DNA of 63,257 nucleotides, filler included, from Reticulomyxa filosa (taxonomy: Eukaryota; Protista; Foraminifera): assembly GCA_000512085.1 (NCBI GenBank). It is 22 parts of 22 records of this genome, joined end to end, with 100 filler letters (N's around TTAATTAATTAA, not from the genome) between each part and the next. Parts side by side here need not be neighbours in the genome. Positions count along the whole stretch, not along the records: positions 1 to 2,539 come from ASPP01022901.1; positions 2,640 to 4,252 come from ASPP01012822.1; positions 4,353 to 6,393 come from ASPP01037008.1; positions 6,494 to 13,649 come from ASPP01033698.1; 18 more parts are not named here. One strand, written 5' to 3'. This document shows positions 1 through 13,340 of the stretch, piece after piece (within the stretch, counting starts at the first letter, position 1; the number at the start of each line of letters is the position of its first letter). Under the pieces are notes generated by a model. That model was not told where the DNA came from and did no database searches. It saw nothing but the letters and a program-made list of their open reading frames with translations. The translations under genes and the position numbers were made by a program.

Positions 1-243
1 CTATATATTCATCGTAGAAACATTCTGATTTTAGATTTGGATTCTGGACGTCTTGTCCTATAATAAATGAAATGGTATATATATAATTCTTCAAATTTTT
101 TTGTCATTGTTAATCATTCATATAGCACAGTAACACTACAGCAAAAGTCATCAAAATAATGGAACGAGTTTTTATATAGGCCCACAAGTTTAAATGTTTT
201 TAAAACTTGTTTAGTAAAAAAATGTGTCAAAAAAGACAAAATC

Positions 244-305
244 AAAAAGAAAAGTTTAAGTTTGACGGCGCCCGCAGGTGCCGCCAAATTTAAATTTTTC
301 TTTTT
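244..305. repeat. Imperfect inverted repeat (29-bp arms, GC-rich core, 4-nt loop)
   Basis: Left arm aaaaagaaaagtttaagtttgacggcgcc (244-272). Reverse complement of the right arm (277-305) is aaaaagaaaaatttaaatttggcggcacc. The four mismatches are all transitions. Looser symmetry extends to about 228-323. Confidence 0.85.
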
Positions 306-1156
306 AGATTTTCCCTTTTTTGGCCTTTTTTTAAATTTGTTTTAGTATATATCAGATTTGATTTGAATTTTTTTTTAGCATTGAAAATTATTAATTCAAT
401 TTTTATGAAGCATGGAGTATGGATTGATGAATTGCATAAGTAAATGGAAATTATGTGCACTGATTTTACTTTTTATTGATCACTTTGTATTAATTTTGTC
501 GTAAAACAAAAAAAATTCATTTGTAAATTTTTATGTAATTTGTCTTTATTCTTTTTTTTCCTCCCCTCTGTCAAGTGGACTAACATCCATTTATTGCTAC
601 GTTCATTTTAAAGCTTGGATCTTACAATTTTTCAAACACAAATCTTTTTTTATTTCGTTTAATTTAGGAATGAACAGAAAAAAGAAGGTAGAAATTTGAA
701 CATTTTTCTGATCAATCTAATAAATACACATTTAGTCTCAATTGGGATTGTTGGTTTTTTTAAAAATTTGATTACTTCTTTTCATCGTCTTTCATGTATG
801 AAGTTAGACAAAAGGGTTTATATAGAGTTTTTTTGTTATAATTACTTTCATCAATCCAATTTTTTGTTACAGAAAAATCTGCACAAGTACAACAGTGATT
901 CACAGCTTTTCTAGTATTTTTTTAATCTGTTCAGTTTTCCAACTTTGTTTTAACTTGGATTAACGAATTGTCGTTATTTTGTTCTGACTTAGCGTATACA
1001 GCTCTTTCTTTTCTTTTGTATGTCGTATTACAATCTTTATAGATAAAAGTTATTGCGTGTGGTTCTTCAAGTTATCTAACCAAAGTTAGATCAGAACTAA
1101 CCCTTCTCACTTTTCACTATCGTTTCTTAAAAAAATTCCAAATAATAAAAATACAA

Positions 1157-2450
1157 ATGGACTGTTATAGAAGAAAAGCAGTCGTATTCACGGAAAATAT
1201 GGCTATTGTATTTGAATCAATTATTGAAAAAGGTAACATCCACAAAAAGTGTTTCTATTATATCTACAAAGGGGAGTAGTGTATTTTTTTTTCCTCTTTG
1301 AAACAAGAGACTACGTGCACACGAGGATCTTTTCTGTGACATCGTTTGAGGAAAAAAAAAAAGGATTTGAACTTTTTTTTTTCAAAGAACTTTGTTAAAT
1401 TCTAAACACCGACATTCAATATAAATAATGAAAGGTTTTGTGAATGATGATACTGCAACCCGAACCCAAGTATTTTTTCTTATTTTCTAAATTACAGTTG
1501 ATGATTGACATTTTGTTTGTGTGTCGCGATAAAATTACATTTTTAGGTGATAATGAGCAAAGATGGTCGCTATAGTGTAGCCATGAACATAACAAAAGAA
1601 AATTGTGTACGTGATGCAGATGTGAGAGATTGGAGTATGGGTGGAGTTATGTATTACAAGTTGCCAGTATTCTTTGAAGGCAATGTAATGGCATTATTTA
1701 CAAACAATTGGAACATGACAAATATGAATGAGAGACGACATGGTCATGTCAATGTCGTGTGGACGAACAAAAGGACAAATGGATTTGTATTTGTAGGTAG
1801 GATGAATGCTCGTGGAGGGATGCAAACAGACAAGACAAATAATGAAAGAAAAGAGAGTCAGCAAAGTAATGCCAACAATCAGTATGCAAAAGAAATTGAA
1901 TTATTGAAAGTTTTTTCCGGTGACATTACAAACGAACGTGAATTGCAGAGTAAATTGGAAGAATTCAATGGCAATATCTTGTCGGTAATAACATATCTTG
2001 TTTCAAAGCGTCATTTGAATCAAGTTAAAACCAATAACAAATTCAAATTTTTTTTTTTTTTTGCCCTTCATTTAAAAAAAAAAATGAATGAGATGGATTT
2101 GATATTCTCATCATAACACACATAATAGAAAAACAAGGAAACTAACGAAGCGAAAGAAGACATAAAAGAGCAAAATGAATTGGAACAGGTTTCTTGCACA
2201 CAAAATCCTGTTTGATTTGTGTTCTAATTGTATTGTATTGTATTGTATTGTATTGTAAAAAAAAAAGGTAAAAGAAGGCGTAAAAATGAATAAAATCGAA
2301 AGAGAAGAAGTATTAGTATTGCAAAAAGCAGACACTTTTGGAGTGATTGTATCTGAAGACAAAGATAACTCTAATAACCAATCGAAAATACATCAAACTG
2401 AAACCCAATATTTGATTTTGGAAAATACAACAAAAAGACCAAGTTTGTAA
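1157..2450 (+). CDS. Hypothetical protein, multi-exon, possibly degenerate
   Basis: Coding-like exons MDCYRRKAVVF...IIEK|gtaac, ORF 1547-2116 after a ttttag acceptor, and charged downstream segments. No recognised domain. Confidence 0.35.
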
Positions 2451-2539
2451 ATTTTATTTTTTAATTTCTGAAATGTTCTATTTTTGTAATTCACATTTAT
2501 TAAAAATAAATAAATAAAGAATAAAGACACTGAAGTTGA

Positions 2540-2639
2540 NNNNNNNNNNNNNNNNNNNNNNNNNNNNNNNNNNNNNNNNNNNNTTAATTAATTAANNNNN
2601 NNNNNNNNNNNNNNNNNNNNNNNNNNNNNNNNNNNNNNN
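2540..2639. other. Artificial contig-joining linker N44-TTAATTAATTAA-N44 (first of 21 identical copies)
   Basis: Identical 100-nt linkers start at 2540, 4253, 6394, 13650, 17125, 21238, 27645, 29125, 30930, 35954, 37694, 39112, 41171, 42858, 44427, 46418, 47664, 50023, 51473, 59424 and 61876. TTAATTAATTAA places stops in all six frames. Sequences on either side are not biologically adjacent. Confidence 0.98.
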
Positions 2640-2699
2640 AAAAAAAAAAAAAAAAAAAGGGGGAAAAAAAAAAAAAAAAAAAATAGGAAATGATGTTAC

Positions 2700-3512
2700 A
2701 TTAAAGATTCCATACCCAGTGAACATTTCGAAGAGGAGTATACCCAAAGCCCACCAATCGACAGAAAAGGAATGTCCTCGGTTCAGCAATATCTCCGGTG
2801 CAATATATTCAGGTGTTCCACACAACGTCCAAGTCCGATAGGGTTTTTCGAGCCTTTTGGCAAAGCCAAAGTCGGTGACACGCAGATAGCCGTCGGACCC
2901 AATCAGCAAGTTTTCGGGTTTCAAGTCTCGGTACACAATTTTATTGCGATGCAAAAACTGGAACACCAGCACGATTTGCGACGCGTAAAACACACAGTGT
3001 TGCATTTTCAAGCACACTTGATTCTTCAGCAATGTGAAAAATTCCCCACCAGACACCAACTCCAGTATTAGATAGATAAACTGTTTGGTTATGAGAGAAG
3101 GAAGCAGATGTGTTATAAACCAAAAAAAAAAAAAAAAAAAAAAGTTTGTTTTTTTTTTTATAAATATTTTATCATTTGTAATTTGAAGAGATTTGCCTGC
3201 AAACAATCTTTTTTTTTTTTTTTTTTAAATAAAATAAAATAATAAAATAAAATATAACCAATTTGTCTTGAAAAGAGGCTTCCAAATTCACAATGAAGGG
3301 ATGTCGAATGGACGATAGAATCTTCTTTTCCCATTTGATATGATTGACTTGTTTCATTTCCACCACTTTCGACTTGCGCAGAATCTTCATCGCAAAGTGC
3401 TCATTCGAAGGCTTGTACTTGACCAATCGCACACGGCCAAACGAGCCCGTGCCCAATGTGGCTCTCAGTTCGAATTGGGATAGTGACACCTTCTTCGTCG
3501 TAAAGTCTTGGT
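2700..3512 (-). CDS. cAMP-dependent protein kinase (PKA-type AGC) catalytic domain, 3' partial
   Basis: Motifs [70 protein letters not shown] and VDWWALGIL. Intron about 3258-3081. Contig ends in the next intron. Confidence 0.93.
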
Positions 3513-3736
3513 CTTTCGATATCACAGATATTGTTTTGTTTTGTTTATTGCAATACAAAGTTGCTCAAGAAGAGAGAGAGAGAAAGAGAAAGAGAAAGAG
3601 AGAGGAATGGAGGAGTTGGAAACAATGATAAGACTTGTATTGATTTTGTAGAGTGCAATTTTCAAAACATGTCAACAAAGTGACAAAAGAAAACAAATAA
3701 CAAGAATATGAAAGCAAAAGTGGTCCACGAACGTAC

Positions 3737-4230
3737 GGAGTTGTGACGATTCTTTTGGCAATGGCAAGTCGTTTTGGAGGTCTGCCGTTTCTTTGAGCGA
3801 CATTCGTCGTTTGAGTCCCCCTGGCGTGATATCGGCCAAATCCAAAAAGAATGTATCGTTCAGACGCTTGTCATTGTTTCTCCCGGCCACCACTACCATG
3901 TGATTCTTCAACAAGCCCGCGCCGTGAAATACTCGCGCCGAAGGTTGGACCCCGCGAATGTTCGTTTTCATCCATTTCCACGGCGCTTTGATTACAAACA
4001 CACACACACATACATATATGTATATACTACATATACATTATATACATATATGTATATAATCGACGTGACATTGTACACGATGCAAATGGAAAAGAGTGTT
4101 CTTCACTCACTTTATTTGATATATATATAAACATACACTACACAACATACTTTGTTTGCAATCGATAACAGACACGAAATTAAAGCACAATTTTCCATTC
4201 CATCCGCCAAACGCCAGTATTCTGTCATTA
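3737..4230 (-). CDS. Kelch-repeat exons, probably spliced in frame to the PKA domain
   Basis: Exon NDRILAFGGWNGKLCFNFVSVIDCKQ|gtatgt, then WKWMKTNIRGVQPSARVFHGAGLLKNHMVVVAGRNNDKRLNDTFFLDL. These show the classical kelch blade pattern (P..R..H, hydrophobic-GG, W). Confidence 0.8.
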
Positions 4231-6659
4231 CACACACACACACACACACACANNNNNNNNNNNNNNNNNNNNNNNNNNNNNNNNNNNNNNNNNNNNTTAA
4301 TTAATTAANNNNNNNNNNNNNNNNNNNNNNNNNNNNNNNNNNNNNNNNNNNNGGGGCCACATCAATAGCACATGTAAATTCATCGTTTTCAACAAATCCC
4401 TCTCCGACGCGGTATTTGGATTTGAATGATGACAACAATGAGATACAAAAAGTTATACGAGTTCCAATAAAGATATCTTTTACGACTCCATGTCCGTGCA
4501 CTTTGTCCTCAATCGGACGTGAATAGCTGCTGTACATGAATAAATGTGTGGTGAATGTCTCATTGTTCCCCTCATGACATTATCGAAAAGTACTCTTACA
4601 AGAGCAACGACGACAATCATGTCCTCACTAATGCCGACAGTGACTATTGTGTAGTATGGTGGATGATAACAATGATGATGATTGAAATGGCAATGAGAAT
4701 AATAATGGCAATGATAATGACAATGAAGAAAAAAATAAATGCACATTGAATTCGAAACAAAATGGCCAAGTCAAAAAAAGAAAGACAAAACATGGAGTAT
4801 ATTCTCCACATGGACAGAAATTGTTTGGATGTCGGCGATTGTGTTGTTCAATTGAGTTGGAGATCAAGCCCTATGCAAAAAGTCACAAAACCAAAGAAGA
4901 CTCAATCATCCAGAGCTGGTACTGATTCCAATGTTACTTTTTTTACATACACATATATTTATATCCAAATGTATGTATATAAGTATAATCAATTTTTAAT
5001 TGTTGCTACTTTATATTTTCATTTTATGTAACGAATAGTGAAGAAGGCCAAGCGGAATAAAAAAATCATTTCAATGATAGTCAATACTGGTGAAAACATC
5101 AAAGAGTCAATCAATTGTGAATCTATTTGGTCCATTCCAGTTGGTCGGATATTTGCATCGAGTATGTTGTATGTGATTTCAAATGTCACATACACCATAC
5201 ATTCAAATTAATATGATTTCCGTATTGATTGATGGAACATATCGAAATTGTGGTATGTTGTTGATTGGATTATTTTTCTGATGCAAGAGAACTGTGATTA
5301 TCGACTTCAAGCAAGAATATTAACAAATGATTGAATTAATTTGATGTTGTTTTCTTCTGTCTACAAATACAGGAACTCAGAAAGCCAATTGTAATCAGAT
5401 GACTGACTACAAAGAAAGAAAAATAAGACAATCACAAAAATTGGAGCCTTGTCTGGTGAGCAAAAGCCAACTCGATCAAAATTGTGAAGAATTTATTTCT
5501 GTGGAAATAGAAGCATTTAGATTGTTGGATGCATATCAAATAAAAAAAGGAAACAAAAATTAATCGTTGGAAGCCAAAGACTTCGAAAACGTATATTGAA
5601 ATATTGGCTCGAATATTTGGGTTTTTGCAAAAAGATTAAAATAAAAACTGAGTCTCAACAAAACTGGAAATGTGATCTTTTCCGAAGAGACATTGATGCC
5701 AATGGAACAGAAATATTTTCAAAACAGAAACGTAGTCCCAAAAAAACTGGAGATGCTATCCTTTCTGACGAAGTATTGAAAAAAACTCTGGTGGGATTGG
5801 TAAAAAAGTGTAGCTTGGATTTTTACAATTTGTGTGATAACTTTAAATTTGTTGTATAATTGATGATTATTTTTGGAAGTTGTATCCTTTTGTTTATTTG
5901 AAGATGAAAGCGCATAAGTGACTTATTCTCTCAACTATTCTGTACAGAAAAGTGAAACTTAGAAAAAGTACCGCAAGTAATGAACCCATGGGAAGTGAAT
6001 ATCAAAACTGTCAATTTATCGTTTAACTTGCATTTTTCTGGAATGCAGTTGAAAAAAAAAACAAAATGGCTGATAAAAATACTGTTGATTATTGGCATAT
6101 CCACTCATTGTGAAGGACTTTATGATTGTGATGTTAAAGAATTATCTTTGGAGACTTTGTGGCTAAGATAATACCAAAAATGATGTATGAGCCATTAAAC
6201 AATAATAAAGAGGTGTCAAAAAATATATCTCCAATGATTTTTTTTCACTTAAAAAATTCACTAGTTTTCAGTTTAACGAACAAAACCAGTGTTTTTTGTT
6301 CACGCAAGAGTTTTTTTTATCGTTTTTTCTTTTTCCCTTTTTTTCAGTTAATTTGCGGTATAATGCAGCTTTTTTGTTTTTGTTACCTGTGTGNNNNNNN
6401 NNNNNNNNNNNNNNNNNNNNNNNNNNNNNNNNNNNNNTTAATTAATTAANNNNNNNNNNNNNNNNNNNNNNNNNNNNNNNNNNNNNNNNNNNNTCATCGT
6501 CATTAGTGCCAGCAAAACTCATCATATAATCAGCAACCGTGAGAGTGAGCGATTTGACGGGTATATGTTCATTCATATGTGAACCAGTAATTCTATTTCA
6601 TATTTCATATTTCATAGTCAGAGATTGATTTATTTAACACTCCAATCAACATCAAAAAA

Positions 6660-7000
6660 ATATTTTATAAACTTGTGCTTGAACACGGGCAAAATCCACC
6701 AAAGTTCGTCCGTCTGCTTGCAGAATATACAGCTCTAACATCTGTTTTTTATTTTTTTATTTATTTAGTTTGCCATGTGGAAATAACGTTTCACATTTTT
6801 TTTTGTCTTTGCAGTGGAACCCGACTGGTTACACAATTATAAAAAAAAATATATTTTTTTTTTTTTGTAGTTATATTTGAGCAAAATTTTTTTGTCATGA
6901 CAAAATTGATGCATAACTTTTATTGCCTCCAATGCATACTCGACTTGAAACAAACGCCTCTCGGGGCTGAATGTATTGACGTAGTCTAGTCTTTGTTGTG
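6660..7000 (-). pseudogene. 20S proteasome alpha subunit (alpha-5-like), degenerate or fragmentary
   Basis: VNTFSPERRLFQVEYALEAIK matches the alpha signature (canonical FSPEGRLFQVEYA). A later fragment reads ADGRTLVDFARVQAQ. The intervening coding sequence appears missing or decayed. Confidence 0.65.
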
Positions 7001-9179
7001 TTTGTATGATATTGTTTTTCTCATCCACTTTATTGTTATTTTTTGCTCCTTGACCCTCACTAGAAATCATAATTCCATACACTCGCCTATTGAAAGTGAA
7101 CATGTTTCAATATTCCCAGTTGATGATTTTTTTTTTATTGTCTATATCCCTTTGTACTTTTTTAAATATTTCTGACAAAAAAGTATATTTTACTAATGTT
7201 GATAAAAAAAAACCATTTGTGTAATCTTAGGAATGAAAACATTTCTCTTGTATTATTTTAAGATATCGCGCTTGAAAACAAACATGCAACAGAGATTATT
7301 ACAAGCAATAGAACATTTGTTTGTTTATATAATGCTAATAATTCTCTTCATCTAATACAAATATTTTTTTTACACAGAATAAATTTAATGTAAGAAATAT
7401 TGAAAATAAATAAATTATTATATCATAGAAAATTTGAATTTTTTGAAGTTAAAAAAAATGAATTTTTGGATAAATTTCCCTTAAACAAATTTTTAAAATT
7501 ATTGCTAATGGAAGAAAGAAAAAGACAACTAAAGATCTATTTAGATGAATTGTTCTCAAGATGCCAGCGTGTAAATTGCTGTCCGTATGGAGGACTAGTA
7601 GTAGTCCAAAGTTTAAGTGTAATTGGGTTGCTTTATGGAATACATACCGACAAGTATAACACATTTGGAATGATATGTGTTACAGTATTATCATTATTTT
7701 TTGGTTTGATTTTGCTTGTTGTTCCATTAACAAGTTAATTATATATATCTATTTTTTTCATTTAGATATTTTGTTTTTGTTTTTTTTTTTTAGGAAGGAC
7801 CGTTTTGGTCCGCGAACATCGCAGTTTACATTCTTCAAGATCTTCTAACTATTCAAGCAATCCGAACTATCCAAACAATTCCAATCACAGCAATTCAAGC
7901 TATTTTAATTCAAACTCTAACAGCAATTCAAACGATAACAACACCAATAACAACTTTTAAAAACAAACAATTTTTTCTTTTTCATTTTTAAAAATTTAAT
8001 TAATAAATGATATTTGTTGTTTTGGTCATTTTAATTGATATGTTCGTTCCATTGAAATACTTTAAACTGTTACTTCAAAAAAAAACAGTGAAATGAATCT
8101 TTTCCTTAAAAAAAAACTATTTCGATTATCAGACCAAAAATTACACATTTTTCGAATGCAACTTAATTAAAAAAAAGATTATGCCAAAAGTGACGATACA
8201 ATACAAAAAAAAAAGGAAAACACGATTGTCATATCGAAAAAGGACACGTCAAAGCAAAAAAGTGAACTTGGTAAATACAAAAAGCAAACAAAAATCAGTG
8301 ACTGTCGCAATCAATTTTTTTGACTCTTTGCAGATAAATGTTGTAGCAAGTCAAGGCGACTAGATTTGTCAATCATGGGCCACTCCAGAACTTTCCAAAG
8401 GACTGTTGGGCTGTTCCAAAATAATGAATTGCAACAAATAAGCGTATCCGACTTCGGTGGACCCAATAAGTGCAACTTCTCTGGCGACGATCTGTCGCAA
8501 CGCAAAATTGATGCCAAAGTGACCCAAACGGTCAGAAATCCGACAGTCCATAAGATAGCCCAAGACAATTATCGATGTTCAATGGAAACACGATAACTGA
8601 TATTTTGAAAAAAGTTTTGATAAATGATATATGAGAATACAAAACCATTCAACAAGGCGCCGATCAGTGTATGTAAATACAGACAGATCATTACTTTTTT
8701 TTGTGATGCAATTTTCGAACTGTCACCATTTTGCAAGCCATCAGCACGGTTCCCATCAATGCGACCACGTAGCCGAGTATTGGTTAGAGAAAATCTCATT
8801 TAAATGGATCTTGAATTGTTTCTTTCTTTCTTGCATTATAACTAAATAAAAAAGTACCAAAAAATGAATTTTTTGAACTTTAAAAAAGGTTAGTATTGAA
8901 AGTATTTTTTTGTATTTGTTTTTGTTTTATTCAAATTTTCTATGATATAATAATTTTAAATATTTGATATATTTATATAACACTGTTATGACTACTTTAT
9001 TGAAACCCAAAAATACATAGAAAAAAGTCATTCGAATACTTTACATAGTTTTGCAACTCTTCAATATCAACAGTTATTTTTAGAGATTCTTGTTGCTGAC
9101 TCTCAAAAACATGATGTATATGTAGGAAATGCAAATTTACAACATTGGAAAGATATACAATAATTGAAAATCCAAAATT

Positions 9180-10640
9180 AAGTCATCTTTTTTATGGAAT
9201 AATTATATAAAGTATCAATTTAATTCGTGAAAGAGTATCATTTGTTTATTATGAATGACTTTAATGAAATATTTGATAAATAATAAATATTTTTATGATC
9301 GTTTTCATTTAAATCAATGGAATGCAAAAGTGATTATTACTTGTAGAAGTAAGGTATTAAAAGATGAAGATATTAATATTACTTTGATTGATGCAAATCA
9401 AAATCAAAATATAACAATATCAATGATGTATTTATGGCCATTTTCAAGACAATAAATTCATAATTATATTGAAAAATTTGTATCAATTAAATCTAAAGAT
9501 AAGGACAATAATGATTGGACACATACAAAAAAAAATATCCATTTCTTCTTCAACTTATTTTGAATGTATTACCATTATTCAATGGCAATGGATTGATTGA
9601 TATATTATTTCAAAATTAGCGTCAAAGGAAATCAAGTTGTTGTTAAATCAGAATATCAATACAAAATTAATGATAATAAAAGTATTGAAATAAAAACAAT
9701 AAATGATACTTTGGTTTTAAAAACAATAGATATATTTTCATGGTGACAGTGTCGCAAAATATGTATTGAGAAGAAATATCAATTTTTACATAAATATTGT
9801 CAAGAATATTATGCAGCACAAAAAATTATATTTGGGAAATCTGATATTATCAACAATTTCAATAATAATTTGAATATTTATCCATTAAATAAAGAATTAG
9901 GAATTATTCAATTTATTGCAGATAAAATTCATGGATAATAATCCAATATTTGTAAAATTTAAAATCAAGATTATTGAATCATCAAAAAAGAGTGAAAATA
10001 TTTTTATTGCAGTAGCAACAAATGCAATTAAATATGCACAGTTGAAATTGGAATAATATTAAAATTCCTTATGCAATTTTAGATTATGCACTTCTTGAAG
10101 GAATGCAAATTTAGATTATTTACGTTTTCATTAAGCTTGTCTAATTGAGGTTAATTTCACAAATGTATGAATAAATAATATTTATTTTGGAGAATATGCA
10201 TATTCGAAAGATCCAGGCTCAGTAAAAGGAGGTAAATTTTTTGGGATGTAATTATTGGAAGGACATTCAAATTTTATAATTAAAGTGATATTTTCATCTA
10301 AACTTGTGGATGAAATACAAATTTCATCAAATGGTTCAAAATTTTTACCATTTTCACGAGATAAACAACTCGATTATGGGATATACAATTGCAGCTTCAG
10401 AAAATACGATCATTCAATTGTGGTATTGACAGGAAAAAAAATTCAAATATTAAAAGGTTTATCTTTTGTTTGGAAAATAATATTTCATATTAATATGGGA
10501 TGTATCTTAAGGGAAATAAATTCAAGTATTTGAAAGATATGAAAATGTTTCATACTTTCGCGTATTATGTTCTAGTGATAAAACATTTCGATTATTAGGT
10601 AAAATTGTCCATGTAACTGAGACTAGTGTAAAATGGATAT
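9180..10640 (+). pseudogene. Degenerate NACHT NTPase - pentapeptide - WD40 gene (NLR/STAND-like)
   Basis: Fragments FYDRFHLNQWNAKVIITCRSKVL (NACHT sensor region), QFLHKYCQEYYAAQKII (winged-helix FxHxxxQEYxAA motif, about 9780), NIKIPYAILDYALLEG (pentapeptide-like) and LEGHSNFIIKVIFSS (WD40). Many stops and frameshifts. Confidence 0.7.
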
Positions 10641-11464
10641 TAATTGACAATAATATTTGAAAGAATACAAAGAATTTGAAAAATTACTTGTAGAACAGCT
10701 CATTTTTTGGTATGTTTTTGTAAAATACACTTACTCTCAATTAAAAATAAAAATAATTTTTTTGTTGAAACAAGATTATCTTAGATAATAACTATTTAAA
10801 TTTTTTCTAAGATTAATGAAAAAACTTTGATGATAAAATAAAGGTAGAAATAAAATGGAGATACATAACATGCTTTTAATGGACATGAACAGCTTCAAAA
10901 AGAAAACTATTGATTTGTGATTTGAAAACGCATTTGTTTTTCATAACATTCTTGCAAGTCGTTAACAAAATTTGTACTACGAGTGTTCTATATTTTCATT
11001 AAAGAAAAGATCAACATTTACGTTGAAAAGACGTGAGAGTAAACTAAGATAAAACAAAAAATCAAAGTTGTGTGTGAAGTGTTATGTATTACAATTTTGT
11101 GAAGTAAAAAGGAATAAGTGAAATTTTGCTTTCTTATTAAATTTGCAATTGTGTATAACAAGATGTAAATATCTTCTGTTTGTTTTCTGTGTTATTCGAC
11201 AGATTTTAATTTTTTCATAACAGCTTCATCTCAGTTGATAATATCTTTTCTATCAATCTTGCAAAAAAAAGGCATAAAAAACAAATATAACAAAAAACTT
11301 AAAGTAAAATATATTGTACTTGGTCCCAATTTAAAAATTTTCAAAATAAATTATATGCATCTTTGTTAAAAATAATGTGTTCGTTAAAAACTCCTTAGTT
11401 GATCTTGAAAAGTTCAAACATTTTTCATCTTACATATCTTAGATTCCAAAAATAAAAAAGAAGG

Positions 11465-12846
11465 ATGGCCAATCTTAGTAATGAGAAACAAACTCTGATA
11501 CAACTGAACTTGGTAAGTTTTAGCTCAATCTTTCAGACACGTGCTACTTGTTGATTTGATTTATGTTGAACCAGTCGGAAGAAGAAATCCAAGTAATTAT
11601 CCAACACTGGATCCGAATATTCAACATTAAATTAGGATGGATCAAAAATTTTGACAGACTTGTTGTTAATTATGTTAAGTTTGTTTTGTCTTTCATTCAA
11701 TTGCATTTAAATATTTATTATTGTTATCACTCATTATTACTATTTAACACAGGCAACTATTGTGTTCATACTTGATACGTTTCGTTCATCATCCAAATTA
11801 CTTAAAACGTTCACTGGGCACACTAATTGTGTGAATAGTATTGACTATTCGGCATTTGATGGTGCTGAACTAATTTGCTCTGGATCGAATGATAAAACAG
11901 TTCGTGTATGGGATGTAGAGGACAATGAACAAATTCAATTATTTAATGAACATTCAAATAGTGTGTATTGTGTGAAATTTTCTCCACATCATTATCACAA
12001 CTATCGTCGTTATGTCATTTGTTCTTCATCATTTGACAAGTCCATTCGTTTTTGGAGTATTAATAATGACGAAGAATTGAAAATATTCAATGGACATGTT
12101 GGTGCTGTTTTTGGCATTGAATTTTCACCATTTTGTGGTGGTAGATATTTGTGTTCTGGATCTGGTGACAAAACTATTCGATTATGGGATCTCGAAACAT
12201 CCAAATCATTGCATGCTTTCAATGGACATACGCATTATGTTTGGTGTGTAGCTTTTTCACCTTTACAAAGAAATGATAAGAACGATAATAATAAAAGTAA
12301 TAATATTGGTTTGATTGGAGGTAATGGCTATACAATTTGTTCAGGATCATTTGATAAAACCGTTCGAATATGGGATATTGAAACAACCAAACAATTCCTT
12401 GAATTTAAAGGACATTATGATTATGTGAGAAGTGTAAAATATGGATCAAATAAATTAAAAATACAGTATTATCTGGATCATTTGATAAAAGTGTTCGTTT
12501 GTGGGATATTCGATCTGGTCAACAAATTCAAGTGTTCAATGGACATAAAAAGTGGGTGAATGCAGTTGAATATTCACCATTTGTAATAAATAATCTCAAA
12601 ATAGGTGATAATACAAATGTGATATGTTCTGGGTCATTGGATAATACAATTCGGTTTTGGGATATTCGATCAAATAAGGACGAATTGCATGTGATCAAAG
12701 GAGATGATCAAGAAGATGGTGGAATATGTTGTTTTAAATTTTTCGAATTGAAAGCGAAAGAAAAGCAAAGCAAAAGCAGTGATAATCTTGATTATATTAC
12801 TCTGTGCTATGGTTCAGGAAAAGGTCGTGTTCGTGTTTGGGGATAG
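11465..12846 (+). CDS. WD40-repeat protein with N-terminal 33-aa module; one frameshift
   Basis: Exons 11465-11512, 11575-11673 and 11753-12846 with GT..AG introns, all phase 0. About seven GH...WD repeats. Frameshift near 12460 in an A-run, which may be a sequencing error or pseudogenisation. Confidence 0.85.
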
Positions 12847-13009
12847 TATCGTTTTTCTAATAACGAAAAATTTTTGTGATAGTTTGTTTCTTTTGATTGA
12901 CTTAAGAATGATCAAAAGTCATTTCAAAGAGTAATCCTCAGAAGAAAAAAACAAACAAAAAACAGACTTATCCATCTTCTATTTTATAATCTCAATTTTA
13001 ATTTGCTTT

Positions 13010-13340
13010 GTTCATCATTAAAGGTACTAAACTTTTGTTGGACACACAGAAGTTGTGAATAGTATTGATTATTCAACATTTAGTAATTGTCATTTGCTCA
13101 GATCGGATGGCACTACAGTTCGTGTATTGTAATAGAGACGATCAACCAAATCCAATTATTCAATGAACATTCAGGTCATTTATTGTGTGAAATTTTCGTC
13201 ATATCATTATCATAATAATTATCAAAATAACATTATTCGTTTTTGGGATATCAAACATAATAAACAATTACAAATATTCAATTGACACACTTATGGTGTT
13301 TGTAGCATTGAATTTCACCATTTAATAGTGACAGATACAG
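13010..13340 (+). pseudogene. Truncated tandem WD40 paralog fragment
   Basis: KTFVGHTEVVNSIDYSTF...IQLFNEHS...IRFWDIKHNKQLQIFN...IEFSPFN, interrupted by stops and frameshifts. Homologous to 11753-12150. Confidence 0.75.

Noticed and set aside
7400-7738. Possible PX-domain fragment (FP...MEERKRQLKIYLDELF)
   Set aside because: Too short and degenerate to support a call.
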